Source of the DNA: Yuukianura sp. NJ FZ-2021
Lineage: Eukaryota
Reading direction: 5' to 3'
DNA: 64,000 bases
Assembly: GCA_046563655.1 (NCBI GenBank)
Contig: CM102289.1
Span: 3,472,001 to 3,536,000, forward strand
The notes under the pieces are model-generated. The model worked only from the letters and a program-made list of their open reading frames with translations. It did not search any database and was not told the origin of the DNA. Below, piece after piece: positions 54,025-64,000 of this stretch. A program made the position numbers and the translations under genes. Within the stretch, counting starts at the first letter, position 1. Each line of letters begins with the position of its first letter.

Positions 54025-54819
54025 CTGCGTTTGGTGTTTGAACGGTGTTTGTTTCGAGATTCTTGTACAAAGATTTAACTAGGCGTAACCTGCCCCCAGG
54101 TAAGCTGTGCAATGGGATAATGTGAAATTAATTTATAATTATGCAAATTATAATAAAAATATCTTACTTCTATTCTTGTTAGTAAGTTGTGCGACCTCTT
54201 TCGTCAGCAAGGCTATTGTATTATATAAAATATGGCTTGGCCAATTAGGTCCAATCAAATTTCCGCTCATTGGAAATTGGGCGCAAACCCTTAGTGTTAA
54301 TGCCAAACCGCATCTGGCGTCTTGCACAAAAATACGGAGACATTAAATTTTTTTACTTCTTAGAATTCTCCAATTTTGGTAAACATTGCAGAAATTGTAT
54401 CCAGAGAAGATGTATGGGGAGACACTAAAAACTTTCGACCCGAACGATTTTTATCTGAGTCCGGAGAATTAGACTTACAACAGTACGACAAACTGCCAAA
54501 CTTTGGATTTGGTAATTAAAAAGAAACTTTTCAGAAGGTTCAATTTCTACTTAATAAAATTTGGTGCTGCATAACTTCATAAAAACAATTTTACACAGGT
54601 CATCGGCGCTGCCATGGCCAACGCTTGGTGGAATCCATCATGCTCCTGTTTTATATTCGGGTTCTTCAACGATTTCGATTGGCTCTTATTGACGTCAAAC
54701 AACCGCCAACTCTGGAACCAAACGTTGGTTTTACTATTTCACCAAAACCGTTCTCTCTGGCATTTATTACTCGCCAGAACAACACATTCTCCAAACAACT
54801 ATTTCCACAGAACATATGA
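54025..54819 (+). pseudogene. Internally deleted copy of the neighbouring P450 (remnants of exons 1-2 plus the last two exons)
   Basis: High similarity to 48850-49150 and 50640-51070, introns included; middle exons missing. Confidence 0.9.
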
Positions 54820-55262
54820 TCTTCGCTAAAGTCTGTCTACGTTTTAAGTTCAGACTTCAACAAAATTTAAAAAGCAGAAGAACTTAATTTTTGATGCTAA
54901 ACTAGATTTTGGGATTTAGACTTTAGTTTATGTTTGTTTAGATTTGGGGAGTTAATTTTTAGCAAGATTTTCAAATATTCAACTTCTGCATCCCCAAATT
55001 GCGCTATCAACTGAATTTCATTTAAAATCGGTGCAAAAAATAGAGAATTATGAGAAAAAAAGTTGATGTCTTGGCACTACGGACTAACATGTTCGATTTG
55101 CTTCCGATGCAAAACAAATTGTTATTATCATTTACTTACTACAATTTTTTCCAATGGTTTATTAAAATCTATCCCGATAATTTGAAACGTTTATATTTAA
55201 AATAATTTCTGCCTCTAGTAAGCTTTCCTTAAGTCGGTCACGATTTACATGAATATTAGATT

Positions 55263-56584
55263 CTACTTTGGGTAACCGATGCCGTCTAATTCCCACTGAA
55301 GCGAATTTTGAATAAAGTTCGTTGTCATCAGTGCACTGCGCAGACGCAACTCTTCGTCGCCATTTTCACCACATTGCTCCTGAATGACAAGCAAAGCTCT
55401 CACCACCTTGGCAACATGTTCATCGTCACATGCCACTGCCTTCTGTTTTACAGTATCCCATGAAACACCTTCTAGTGATCCTCCATACTCCAGAATTCTG
55501 TTGATGTCAAAATTCGGCATTCCTTGGAGCCACATATTTGCCAGAATGCCCACCATACCCACTTGAAGAAGCCGCTTCTGCTCCACCAGGCTGAGGTGGG
55601 GCAGCAAAATTCGGATTGCTTGGAGTGACGTTACACTGTGCATTAGATAAAGGTCAATGGTGTTGTGTCGGTGTGATCCAAATGTCACTGCCAAAACGGC
55701 ACGAGAGAGCTCAACCAGTTTTTTAAAAATTTCGGCGGAGGTTGTAACTTTAAGGTTCCACTTGGAAATCATTTTGCCTAGTTCTGCTTCGTAGTGCTCC
55801 AAGATCTCTTCAATTTCAAACCCAGGTTTGTGCACTCGGGGCACCTGAAGATTCATTTGCTTCATAGTTTCAGCGGCTTCGAGCGGAGTCAAGGCATCCT
55901 CACCATCATTTTCTGGAAGACGGTCAATGATTTCTCCAACTTTGGAATAATATGTACAGGCATACGCAAGCCCTTCAGCGACAACTTCTGGAAATCCAAA
56001 TTCAATTCCAAAAGAGATATGAATCAGAGGATGGAACAGACCACCGACAAAACCCGGCAACAAGGTGGGCACAAATTTTGTTAGGGTTGGCACGAGTCCT
56101 AGTTCGGAAATTTGTTTTTCAAAAAATGGCAGCAGCTCTGTGTATGCACTGAAATTTCAGAGATTCATTAACTCAGTTTTTGATTTTTTTTTAAATTTTA
56201 TCCAAATTTGAATCAGGTTTTGTGTTACTGTTGATTTCCAATGTAGGATGTCCAATTGGTTGCATCCACTTTGAACTTCGGGGTTCCAAGAGGCTCAAGG
56301 ATTTGAATGTATTTTTGATAGTATTGAAGAATTCTTTCTTTTGAGGCTGCTTACATAAATTCATTTTAACAATATATATATTTACTTTCTATTTGTTTTT
56401 TAACTATAATTTAATATTGACACCGAAAAAAATTACCTCCTAGCGAATAAAGTGTACACAACCCATGGACGGCGTGGTTTGAGTGGTAGCCCGTGTGGTT
56501 AATGTGATGGGAAATATGATTCTGTTTCACAAGAAACTCAACCATGTCTTTTGCACTTGTTATTTTACTCAAAGTTGACTCCAT
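55263..56584 (-). CDS. Questin oxidase family (AflY/HypA-like) oxidoreductase, copy 1 (3 exons)
   Basis: GYHSNHAVHGLCTLYSLG, GGLFHPLIHISFGIEF, VVAEGLAYA, LMHSVTSL, DDEHVAKVVRAL; exons 56584-56437, ~56349-56229, 56148-55263. Confidence 0.85.
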
Positions 56585-57095
56585 TGTTGTAACCGTAAAA
56601 AACAATAATTATTGATTAAGTCGTTTTCTTTAAAACTGAAATCAACAAAGTTAAATACGGGAATTTTTTGAATTAAAACTCAAAGCTGCTGGGTGCAAAC
56701 AGCTCAAAAATTAAAAGTTGACGAGTATATTTAACAGGAAAGTTGCAATACATCTGTGCCCCACGTATGTAACTCATGTATTTTTGAAATAGATAACCAA
56801 CAGAGGACAAACGAAAGATTAATATGATTTTTTTGATTTTTTTTGGGTATACTATTGGAGTGCTGAGTTGAAATAACCTTGACGCTTTGCACTAACCACT
56901 GAGGAATCCCGAGCTGCTGCAGCGTTTCCTCTGGTTTTATTTGGCATAGTGTTTTTGAAGTGCATAAGATGGAGCGCTTATGAAGAATTTTTTTGGGTAG
57001 TTCACATAACCTTTGGTCCTAACTTCTGCTTCAACTATGCCTTCCTTAAATTGCTTACAATTTAATTTGAATAAGGTTAGATTTAAATGCAAATT

Positions 57096-58410
57096 TTAAT
57101 TTGGATAACCAATGCCGTCAAATTCCCACTGAAGCACATCTTGAATGAAGTCAGTCGTCATGAGCGCACTGCGCAGACTCACCTCTTCGTTCCCATTTTC
57201 ACCACCTTGCTCCTGAATGACAAGCAAAGTTCTAACTACCTTGGCAACATGTTCATCGTCACATGCCAATGCTTTCTGTTTTACAGTATCCCATGAAACA
57301 CCATCTAGTGATCCTCCATAGTCCAGAATTCTATTAGTGTCAAAAGTCGGCATTCCTTGGAGCCACATATTTGCCAGAAGACCCACCAAACCCACTTGAA
57401 GGAGCCGTTTCTGCTCCACCAGGTCGAGGTGGGGCAGTAAAATTCGGATAGCTTGTAGAGAAGTTACGTTGTGCATTAAAAAAAAGTCTATGGCTTTGTT
57501 TCGATATGACCCAAAGGTCACTGCAAAAACGGCACGAACCAGCTCCGATAGTTTCTCAAAAATTTCAGCAGACGTCGTAACGTGAAGGTTCCACTGAGAA
57601 ATCATCTTCCCAACGACTGCTTCGTGCTGTTCCCAGATCGCTTCAACTTGAAACATCCTTTTGTGCTCTTGGGGCACCTTGAGGTTCATTTGCTTCATAG
57701 TTTCAGCCGCCTCAAGCGGAGTCAAGGAATGTCCTCCGTCATTTTCTGGTAGGCGGTCAATGATTTCTCCAACTTTGGAATAAAATGTGCCGGCATAAGC
57801 AAGGCCTTCAGCGACAACTTCTGGAAATCCAAATTCAATTCCAAAAGCGATGTGAATTAGAGGATGGAAAAGACCACCGACGAATCCCGGCAACACGGTG
57901 GGCACAAATTTTGTTAGGGTTGGAGCTAGTCCTAGCTCGGAAATTTGTTTTTCAAAAAATGGCAGCAGCTCTGTGTATGCACTGAAATTTCAGAGATCTG
58001 TTTTTTATTTTTGATTTTTTAAAAGAAAATTTAACCAAATTTAAATCGTGGTTTGCGTTACTGTTGATTTCCAATGTAGGATTTCCAATTGGTTGCATCG
58101 ACAATGAACTTTGGGGTTCCAATAGGTTCAAGCTTTTGAATGTAGGTTTGGTAGTATTCAAGAATTCTTTCTTTTGAGGCTGTTTACACAAATTCAGTTT
58201 AACTTATATATTTTGTTACATTTTTTTTAACTACTGATATAATTAAATGTTGACATAATTACCTCCTAGCGAATGAAGTGTACATAAGCCATGGACGACA
58301 TGGTTTGCGCGGTAGCCACCATAGTTGATGTGATATGAGGCATGATTCTGTTTTACAAGGAACACGACCATGTCTTTTGCCTTTGTTATTTTACTCAAAG
58401 TCGACTCCAT
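57096..58410 (-). CDS. Questin oxidase family oxidoreductase, copy 2 (3 exons)
   Basis: Tandem paralog with the same introns; NHVVHG, HPLIH, DFFLMHNVTS, DDEHVAK. Confidence 0.85.
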
Positions 58411-60200
58411 TTTTAAAAGCCCAAAAAGAATTGATGACAAAGTTCTTTTCTTTTAAGAAAAACTATTTCAACAAAATTATTTTAAAAAACTAAATTCCGA
58501 ATTACACTTCAACGCTCCTGTGTTGGTACTTCTCAAAAAGTGAAACTTGATAAGTAAAGTTAAATGGAAAACTGACGTAATCTATCCCTCACTTATGTAA
58601 CTCAAGTGTTTTTGAAACTGACAGCAGATGATGGAAAAAAGATACTTTCGATGTTAGGCTATTGAGTTGAAAAGTCCTTGGCTCGTTGTAGAAACCAGAA
58701 ACCACAAAAAAATCAGGAGGTGCGGCTAATTACTTCAGCAATTAGGGCATGTGATCTTGTAGCGCCGTTTTAATTTGGTGAATTTCTGAAGTACCTAATC
58801 AACAACAGAGTGGTAAGGAATGTTTTTAGCTACAAATCAAGTACTTCAAATAACCCTGGTGCTAATGACTGTTTGAGCGATATGAAAGGTGTACAGAAGT
58901 ATGAAGCGTCTCGAGGCGTGGAGAAAGGATAGCCACAGTTTCCAAGCCTTTTTTGGAGATTATGGAAGCGCTAAACTCATCCTCCGGCTCTCGAGATTCT
59001 CGAGTCGAGAATCATAATTGTTTCTTGCCATTCTGCTTTCAAATTAGTTTTCAAATTGGTATCAAATTTTGCTCTCTTTAAACGATTCAATTTCGTTTCG
59101 TTACTCATCGTCTTTCAAATCTTTGTAACTTCATCATTAAGATTATGAGCGCTTGTCACCATTACGACGTTAAGTATGATTTCATCGAGTTGAGTTTCTG
59201 AACGGGGTTTTTTCTTGTGGTTGCCATTTTAGAATATCCTGATGGCCGTACATGTCGAGTTGAAAATTTCAACTCTAAATCGAACAATGGAATGATATAG
59301 TGTTTAACTGACAGTTTCAGCATTTCCTTGGCAAGAAACAATCAATCTGATGTCAAGAAAAAAAACGAGGCCATAGTAAAACATGCTTACAATTGCCATC
59401 CAGTTGTTTGGCCTCTGTTTTAGCTTCTGACAAAAAATATGGCTCCACTCTAGTGTTCAGGATTCGACTACAGAATTAGGGTAACTTAATTAGGAATGAT
59501 GTGTCCAAAAGAGAGGATTTCAAAGTTTTCCAAATCAACACAAAAAAAAAAAAAAAAAAAAACAATAGGAAATCAAATTTGCATTAAAAAATTAATACCA
59601 CGAATTGGAAAATGAAATTAAAATTAAGTTGTTTTGGATACTGCATTTGAATTTAGACCGAATTTATATTTCTGAGTAAGGTTATTTGTTGTTTAGTTTT
59701 CTGTAGTTTGTACCGTACTGTAATTAAAGCTTACTAATCGTTTAGAAACTAACAATGAAAGTGTATAGCGAATAGGAAAGAAAAAGAGCAGAATTTTGAA
59801 CCGAATCTTGTTTTCAAATAAGAATTGTTTTAACCTAGTTTTGCGGAATCGTAAAACTCCGAAGACTGAAATGCAGTGTGAGCTCTTTTCCCGGGCGAAA
59901 GTGATTACACTTTCGCCGTCCAAAGACTCACACGACTGCCAACTAGTATTTGCGCCAAGCACCATATTAGGTTAAGGCATTCGCACGGGACAAAGATACT
60001 CGAGGTTATAGTAGCTAATTATAGAATTGCGAGGGCTTTAAATATGCCTCCACAAGAGTCAATCGGGAGTTGACTCCAAGATCTGTTAGCTCACACTCTC
60101 ACCATCCCTTAAGAGACAATAAAGACGATTCGACCCAACTTACATTAAAATACATAGAACCCGACTTATGTGAGGAAAGTACCTCACATGCAGCATGGAC

Positions 60201-61883
60201 CTAAAGTCCACACTTTTTGTTATCTCCACATTTGTATTTTTTGCAACAAATTTCCGGGTCAGCAGCACAAGAGAATCCAGTGGTTCCGCAGTTTCTTGGA
60301 GTTCTCGTTTTTGAACAATCCACAAATGTGTTTGGCATTTGACCTTTGCAGAGAATGTACTCAGCAATGACTGATTTTCCGCTCGAATCCGTACAATTTT
60401 TCCTCTCTTGATGGTAACCACAGAAATTAAAGGCACGATTTACACGACAATCTTTAGAAGTTAGGTCGCATTCCGGTTGACACTTTCGGCCCAATCCACA
60501 GACAAAACCGGTACAGCAAGACTTAACGGTTTCATTTAACCATTTACATTCAGCTCCAGTGATTCCGCATTCCCTTGGTGGAGTGGAGGACGAAATCGCG
60601 TTGCATTCAAACCAAGTTTTTGGTTTTGGCCGTTTGCATGCTAGGAATCGAGCGGGAGCACCAAATACCCGGTTATTAACGGTACAGTTGACGATTTTTA
60701 CCGAAGTGGCTGTATCGGAACACGGTTAATTTGCGGAATTCCAGACGCATTTTTTGTCATCAGCTGAACTGCATTCCGGTTGGCAACTTCCTGTGTTACA
60801 CTGTAACCCAGTGCAGCAGTTATCTATTGGGATGCCAGTTTCGTTTTTGGTACATTTCGACCCAGGAATTGGGCAATCATTAGGTGGCGGGTTGTAGTTT
60901 ATATTTGGACATTGAATCATCGTATTCGGTTTGCTTCCGTTACAAAACAAGTAATACCCGGGTATCACCTTACCGTCTTTGCCAGTACAGTTCAAAAACC
61001 GTGTGTCAGAGTTGCATGCTGACAATTCAAGAGAAGGTTTGCAGTTATTGTCGTCAGCGGGGCATTCTGGTTCGCAAATGTTGTTCTTGCTGCATTTGAA
61101 ATTGACGCAACATTTTTTGATGCTTTCGTAAGTGCTGCAGTTGTAGCCAGTGCTTCCGCATTCTACGGGTTTATTGTACGTGTTATGACATTGAAGCCAC
61201 GTCCCATTGGTCTTTGTGATGGCGGTATTGTTACATCGGAGATAACGCCCAGGAAGCCCAAATTCCCGCCCATTTTTGTCAGTGCAAGTCTTTAGCAAAC
61301 TGTTAACACTGTCTCTGCCGGCGCATGGAACTTTGGCATAATTTGTTTTGCAAGTAGTGTTTCCTTCAGCGCACTCTGGTACGCAAGTGCCATTTGGACA
61401 GTACAGACCAGGGCAACAATCATCTACAGGCTCCATAACACTTCGCGTACAGTTAGCTCCAGTGGCGCCACAGATAGTCGGCGTGTCCTTTCCTGTTTTG
61501 CAGTAAGTCCAAGTGTTGGGTTTGGTTCCGTTGCAGGCTTTATAATTACCTTCAAACACGCGCCCATTTTGGTCTTTGCAACTGCTGATGTATTTAATGA
61601 AACTCTGGCACGGAGGAGTGCATCCGGCGATAATTTTGTATCTTCTGGCATATGTTGCGGACAAATCATTACAAGACTCGCCCTTTATGCAGCATCCGTA
61701 GGTTGTTCCGTTGAATTTACAGCCTTTGAGGTGGGCAGCGCAATAGGAACATTTGGAATCTGTGCAACTGAATGTTCCACCGATGTTTCTTCCGCCAAAA
61801 CTACCATCGGCACATTCCGTTCCATTATCGCCTGAACATGTTGTTGGAGAGACGCCAGGGTTCGGAACAGTTTTCGAATCAAA
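60201..61883 (-). pseudogene. Large Cys-rich repeat protein (knottin-like modules) with an in-frame stop; 5' exons not resolved
   Basis: Five ~90-100 aa repeats ending CG.TG..C...CC....C....C.PEC; the frame continues through TAA at 60728-60726 into ORF 60494-60201. Confidence 0.75.
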
Positions 61884-62254
61884 CTTTAAAAAAAAGAACA
61901 AAAAGGTTGTTAACACAAAAAAAAAACATCTAATGAATTTCCATTGTTTTGTTACCACAAGCTCTTAAAATTGTCAACTTTGTAATTAAAAATAAGTTTC
62001 AGTTTTTCCAAAAGTTTAAGGTCAGGTCACTTGACCTAACCATAAAAGTAGCATCCTGTTTTTGATCCAGTTTCTTAAAATCTTTTGAGAATCTGCCGAC
62101 TTGTTTTCAATCTCCCTTTTCCAAATTCTAAAGTGCAAGGACTTTTACTGTCATAAAAGTCCTCATATGACGGTCACCCATGCAATAGCATTAGGTGACC
62201 CCAAAAACTGTTTTTGCTCTCCATTCCAGTTTTATACTTTCTGTCCTTTTATTA

Positions 62255-64000
62255 TGTTACAAACAGACCCTTAGCTAAGGACAATACCTTTTTGCTTAGT
62301 ATAAATATTTCTGGAATCTCTGAATAAATCATCAGTATTCTTCCGAATCTCTTACTTACTACATGGTAGCAGATCAGGAGGTTGTCTAAAACAATAACGT
62401 TTAAAGTCAAGATCTTTGAACAATAGGGAAAGCTCTCTTCATCCGAAAGCTCGGGTACACTCAAAGTCTGACAGTTGTACTCTAATTGCTCAACAAGTCG
62501 CAGAGAAAAGATTTGTTGTCCAAGTTACGCATACAGTCAAAAGCTCCTCCCGCGTGGAGGGTGAAATTGGCTAGTTGTGCACCAAGTAACTAAGTGACAC
62601 TTATCATCTCAATCCTACGGGTCGACTTAGAGACTTAGAGAGGAACGTTGGACACGGAGTTGTATCTGTGGTCAAAGGTGTCCGGAGCCCACCTATTGTT
62701 CTAAATTTCATAAGAACAATATTTAAAACAATAAGAAATGTCTACGCCAGCAACAACAACCAAGAAGAAAGTCGACATTACGCATGTCGTGAAGCTTAAT
62801 GACAAAAACTACGAGGTGTGGCGGTTCCAGATAACCGCCATATTGAAAGCAGCCAAGTTGATGGGCGTCGTCGATGGGTCGAAGCCACGCCCCGCTGAAG
62901 CCCAGGACCAGCCAGCATGGGATGAACTGGACAATGAAGCCCAGGCTCTTGTCATCCCAACTCTTGATGAACGAAACACAAGCCACGTGATCAGCTGTGG
63001 AACGTCCAAGGAGATAGTGGATCGCCTTAAAAGCATCCACTCCGACGCCAGCCAGCTCAACAAACAGCTTACGCTCTCAGCCTTCCTTAACTACAAAATC
63101 AAGGAAAATCAAACTCTCCAAGAAGCATTTGAGGATCTGGAGAAGCTCTCCAGAAGCCTCAAAGACATAGGCAGTCCAGTGGATGACTCTGTGGTCATCA
63201 CGAAACTTGTCACCGCGCTTCCAGACAAGTACATGGGATTCCGCAAGGCGTGGTTTAGCGTCACTCAAGCTGAGCAGACAATGCCGAACCTGCTCGCCCG
63301 TCTGAAGCAGGAAGACCTGGAGCACAACAATAAGCCACAAGCGGCTTCCAGCACCTCCAAGGCCTTCCAATGTCAAACAAATGGAAAGAAGAAAACAAAC
63401 ATTGCGGAGCTCAAAAAGAGAACAAATTGTGCGAAATGTGGACGCCGTGGCCACTGGGCGAAGGAATGCCGGAGCCCATCAACATCGAACGGCAACAATG
63501 GACAGCAAAACGGCAACAATGGGCAACATAGCGGCAACAATGGCGGAAAAGGGAGCCAACAGCAGCACAGATCTGCATCCGCCTTCATGGCAGGTGGAAT
63601 AGTCGATCCAGGGGACTGGGTCAGCGACAGCGGTGCCTCTCACCACATGACGGGGAATCGGGCTTGGCTGTTCAACTTCAAGCGATTTTCACAGCGAAGA
63701 ACTGTAGAATTGGCCAATGGCCAAAAGGCTCAGGCAACCGGATACGGAGATGTGAACATCCTCATCAAACAGAATGAGACGACACGCCATTTCCAAGATG
63801 ACGCTGATGTTCAATTCTGCCACGTCAAGCTAACCCACGTCTGGTTTGTGCCAGGCTTCCGCAACATCATCTCTGAAAGCGTGCTGACATCAAAAGGCTA
63901 TCTAATTTCAAGAAACCACTTTAGTACTCAGTACTATGGGCAAAATGGTGACTTCGACATGACTGCAACGCGCAAAGATGGCCTCTACGTCATGAACATA
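62255..64000 (+). mobile_element. Ty1/copia LTR retrotransposon, 5' part
   Basis: Candidate LTR TG...CA 62255-62363 containing TATAAATA and AATAAA; PBS TGGTAGCAGA at 62364 (complementary to the 3' end of initiator tRNA-Met); gag-pol follows. Confidence 0.9.
62738..64000 (+). CDS. Copia gag-pol polyprotein (partial, runs off the window)
   Basis: KLNDKNYEVWRFQI (gag N-terminus), zinc knuckle CAKCGRRGHWAKEC, protease WVSDSGASHHMTG. Confidence 0.92.
   Translation, partial: MSTPATTTKKKVDITHVVKLNDKNYEVWRFQITAILKAAKLMGVVDGSKPRPAEAQDQPAWDELDNEAQALVIPTLDERNTSHVISCGTSKEIVDRLKSIHSDASQLNKQLTLSAFLNYKIKENQTLQEAFEDLEKLSRSLKDIGSPVDDSVVITKLVTALPDKYMGFRKAWFSVTQAEQTMPNLLARLKQEDLEHNNKPQAASSTSKAFQCQTNGKKKTNIAELKKRTNCAKCGRRGHWAKECRSPSTSNGNNGQQNGNNGQHSGNNGGKGSQQQHRSASAFMAGGIVDPGDWVSDSGASHHMTGNRAWLFNFKRFSQRRTVELANGQKAQATGYGDVNILIKQNETTRHFQDDADVQFCHVKLTHVWFVPGFRNIISESVLTSKGYLISRNHFSTQYYGQNGDFDMTATRKDGLYVMNI

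Noticed and set aside
62138..62200. Two adjacent short hairpins upstream of the copia LTR
   Set aside because: Real inverted repeats but too short to assign; bacterial-type terminators are not meaningful here
62723..63588. Minus-strand ORFs
   Set aside because: Antisense shadows of the copia gag frame

Overview
AT-rich eukaryotic genomic DNA with short GT-AG introns. It is animal and probably arthropod; a springtail-like hexapod is suggested by gene content but not proven. From left to right: (1) a secreted EGF/Sushi gene; (2) a ~13 kb rearranged zone (3.3-16.9 kb) holding two arrays of one 570-bp tandem repeat, two copies of a subrepeat-rich putative non-autonomous element (one carrying two nested TA-flanked MITEs), and same-strand pieces of WDR3, CRYL1 (twice), ORC2 and an FAD monooxygenase; (3) intact ALG8, a PAP2/wunen-like gene with altered catalytic motifs, two tandem aminergic-like GPCRs (one intron holds a hAT element and a foldback element) and a carboxylesterase; (4) a stonustoxin-like gene with one stop, orphan genes, a Kunitz inhibitor, small membrane-protein paralogs, a 45-bp minisatellite and an ionotropic receptor with a frameshift; (5) a duplicated CYP2-clan P450 locus whose second copy also contains a knottin-like Cys-rich gene and two intron-containing questin-oxidase-family genes (horizontal-transfer candidates); (6) a multi-repeat Cys-rich gene and the 5' end of a Ty1/copia LTR retrotransposon. 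Family calls come from motif recognition by eye and exon boundaries are manual; no database search was run.
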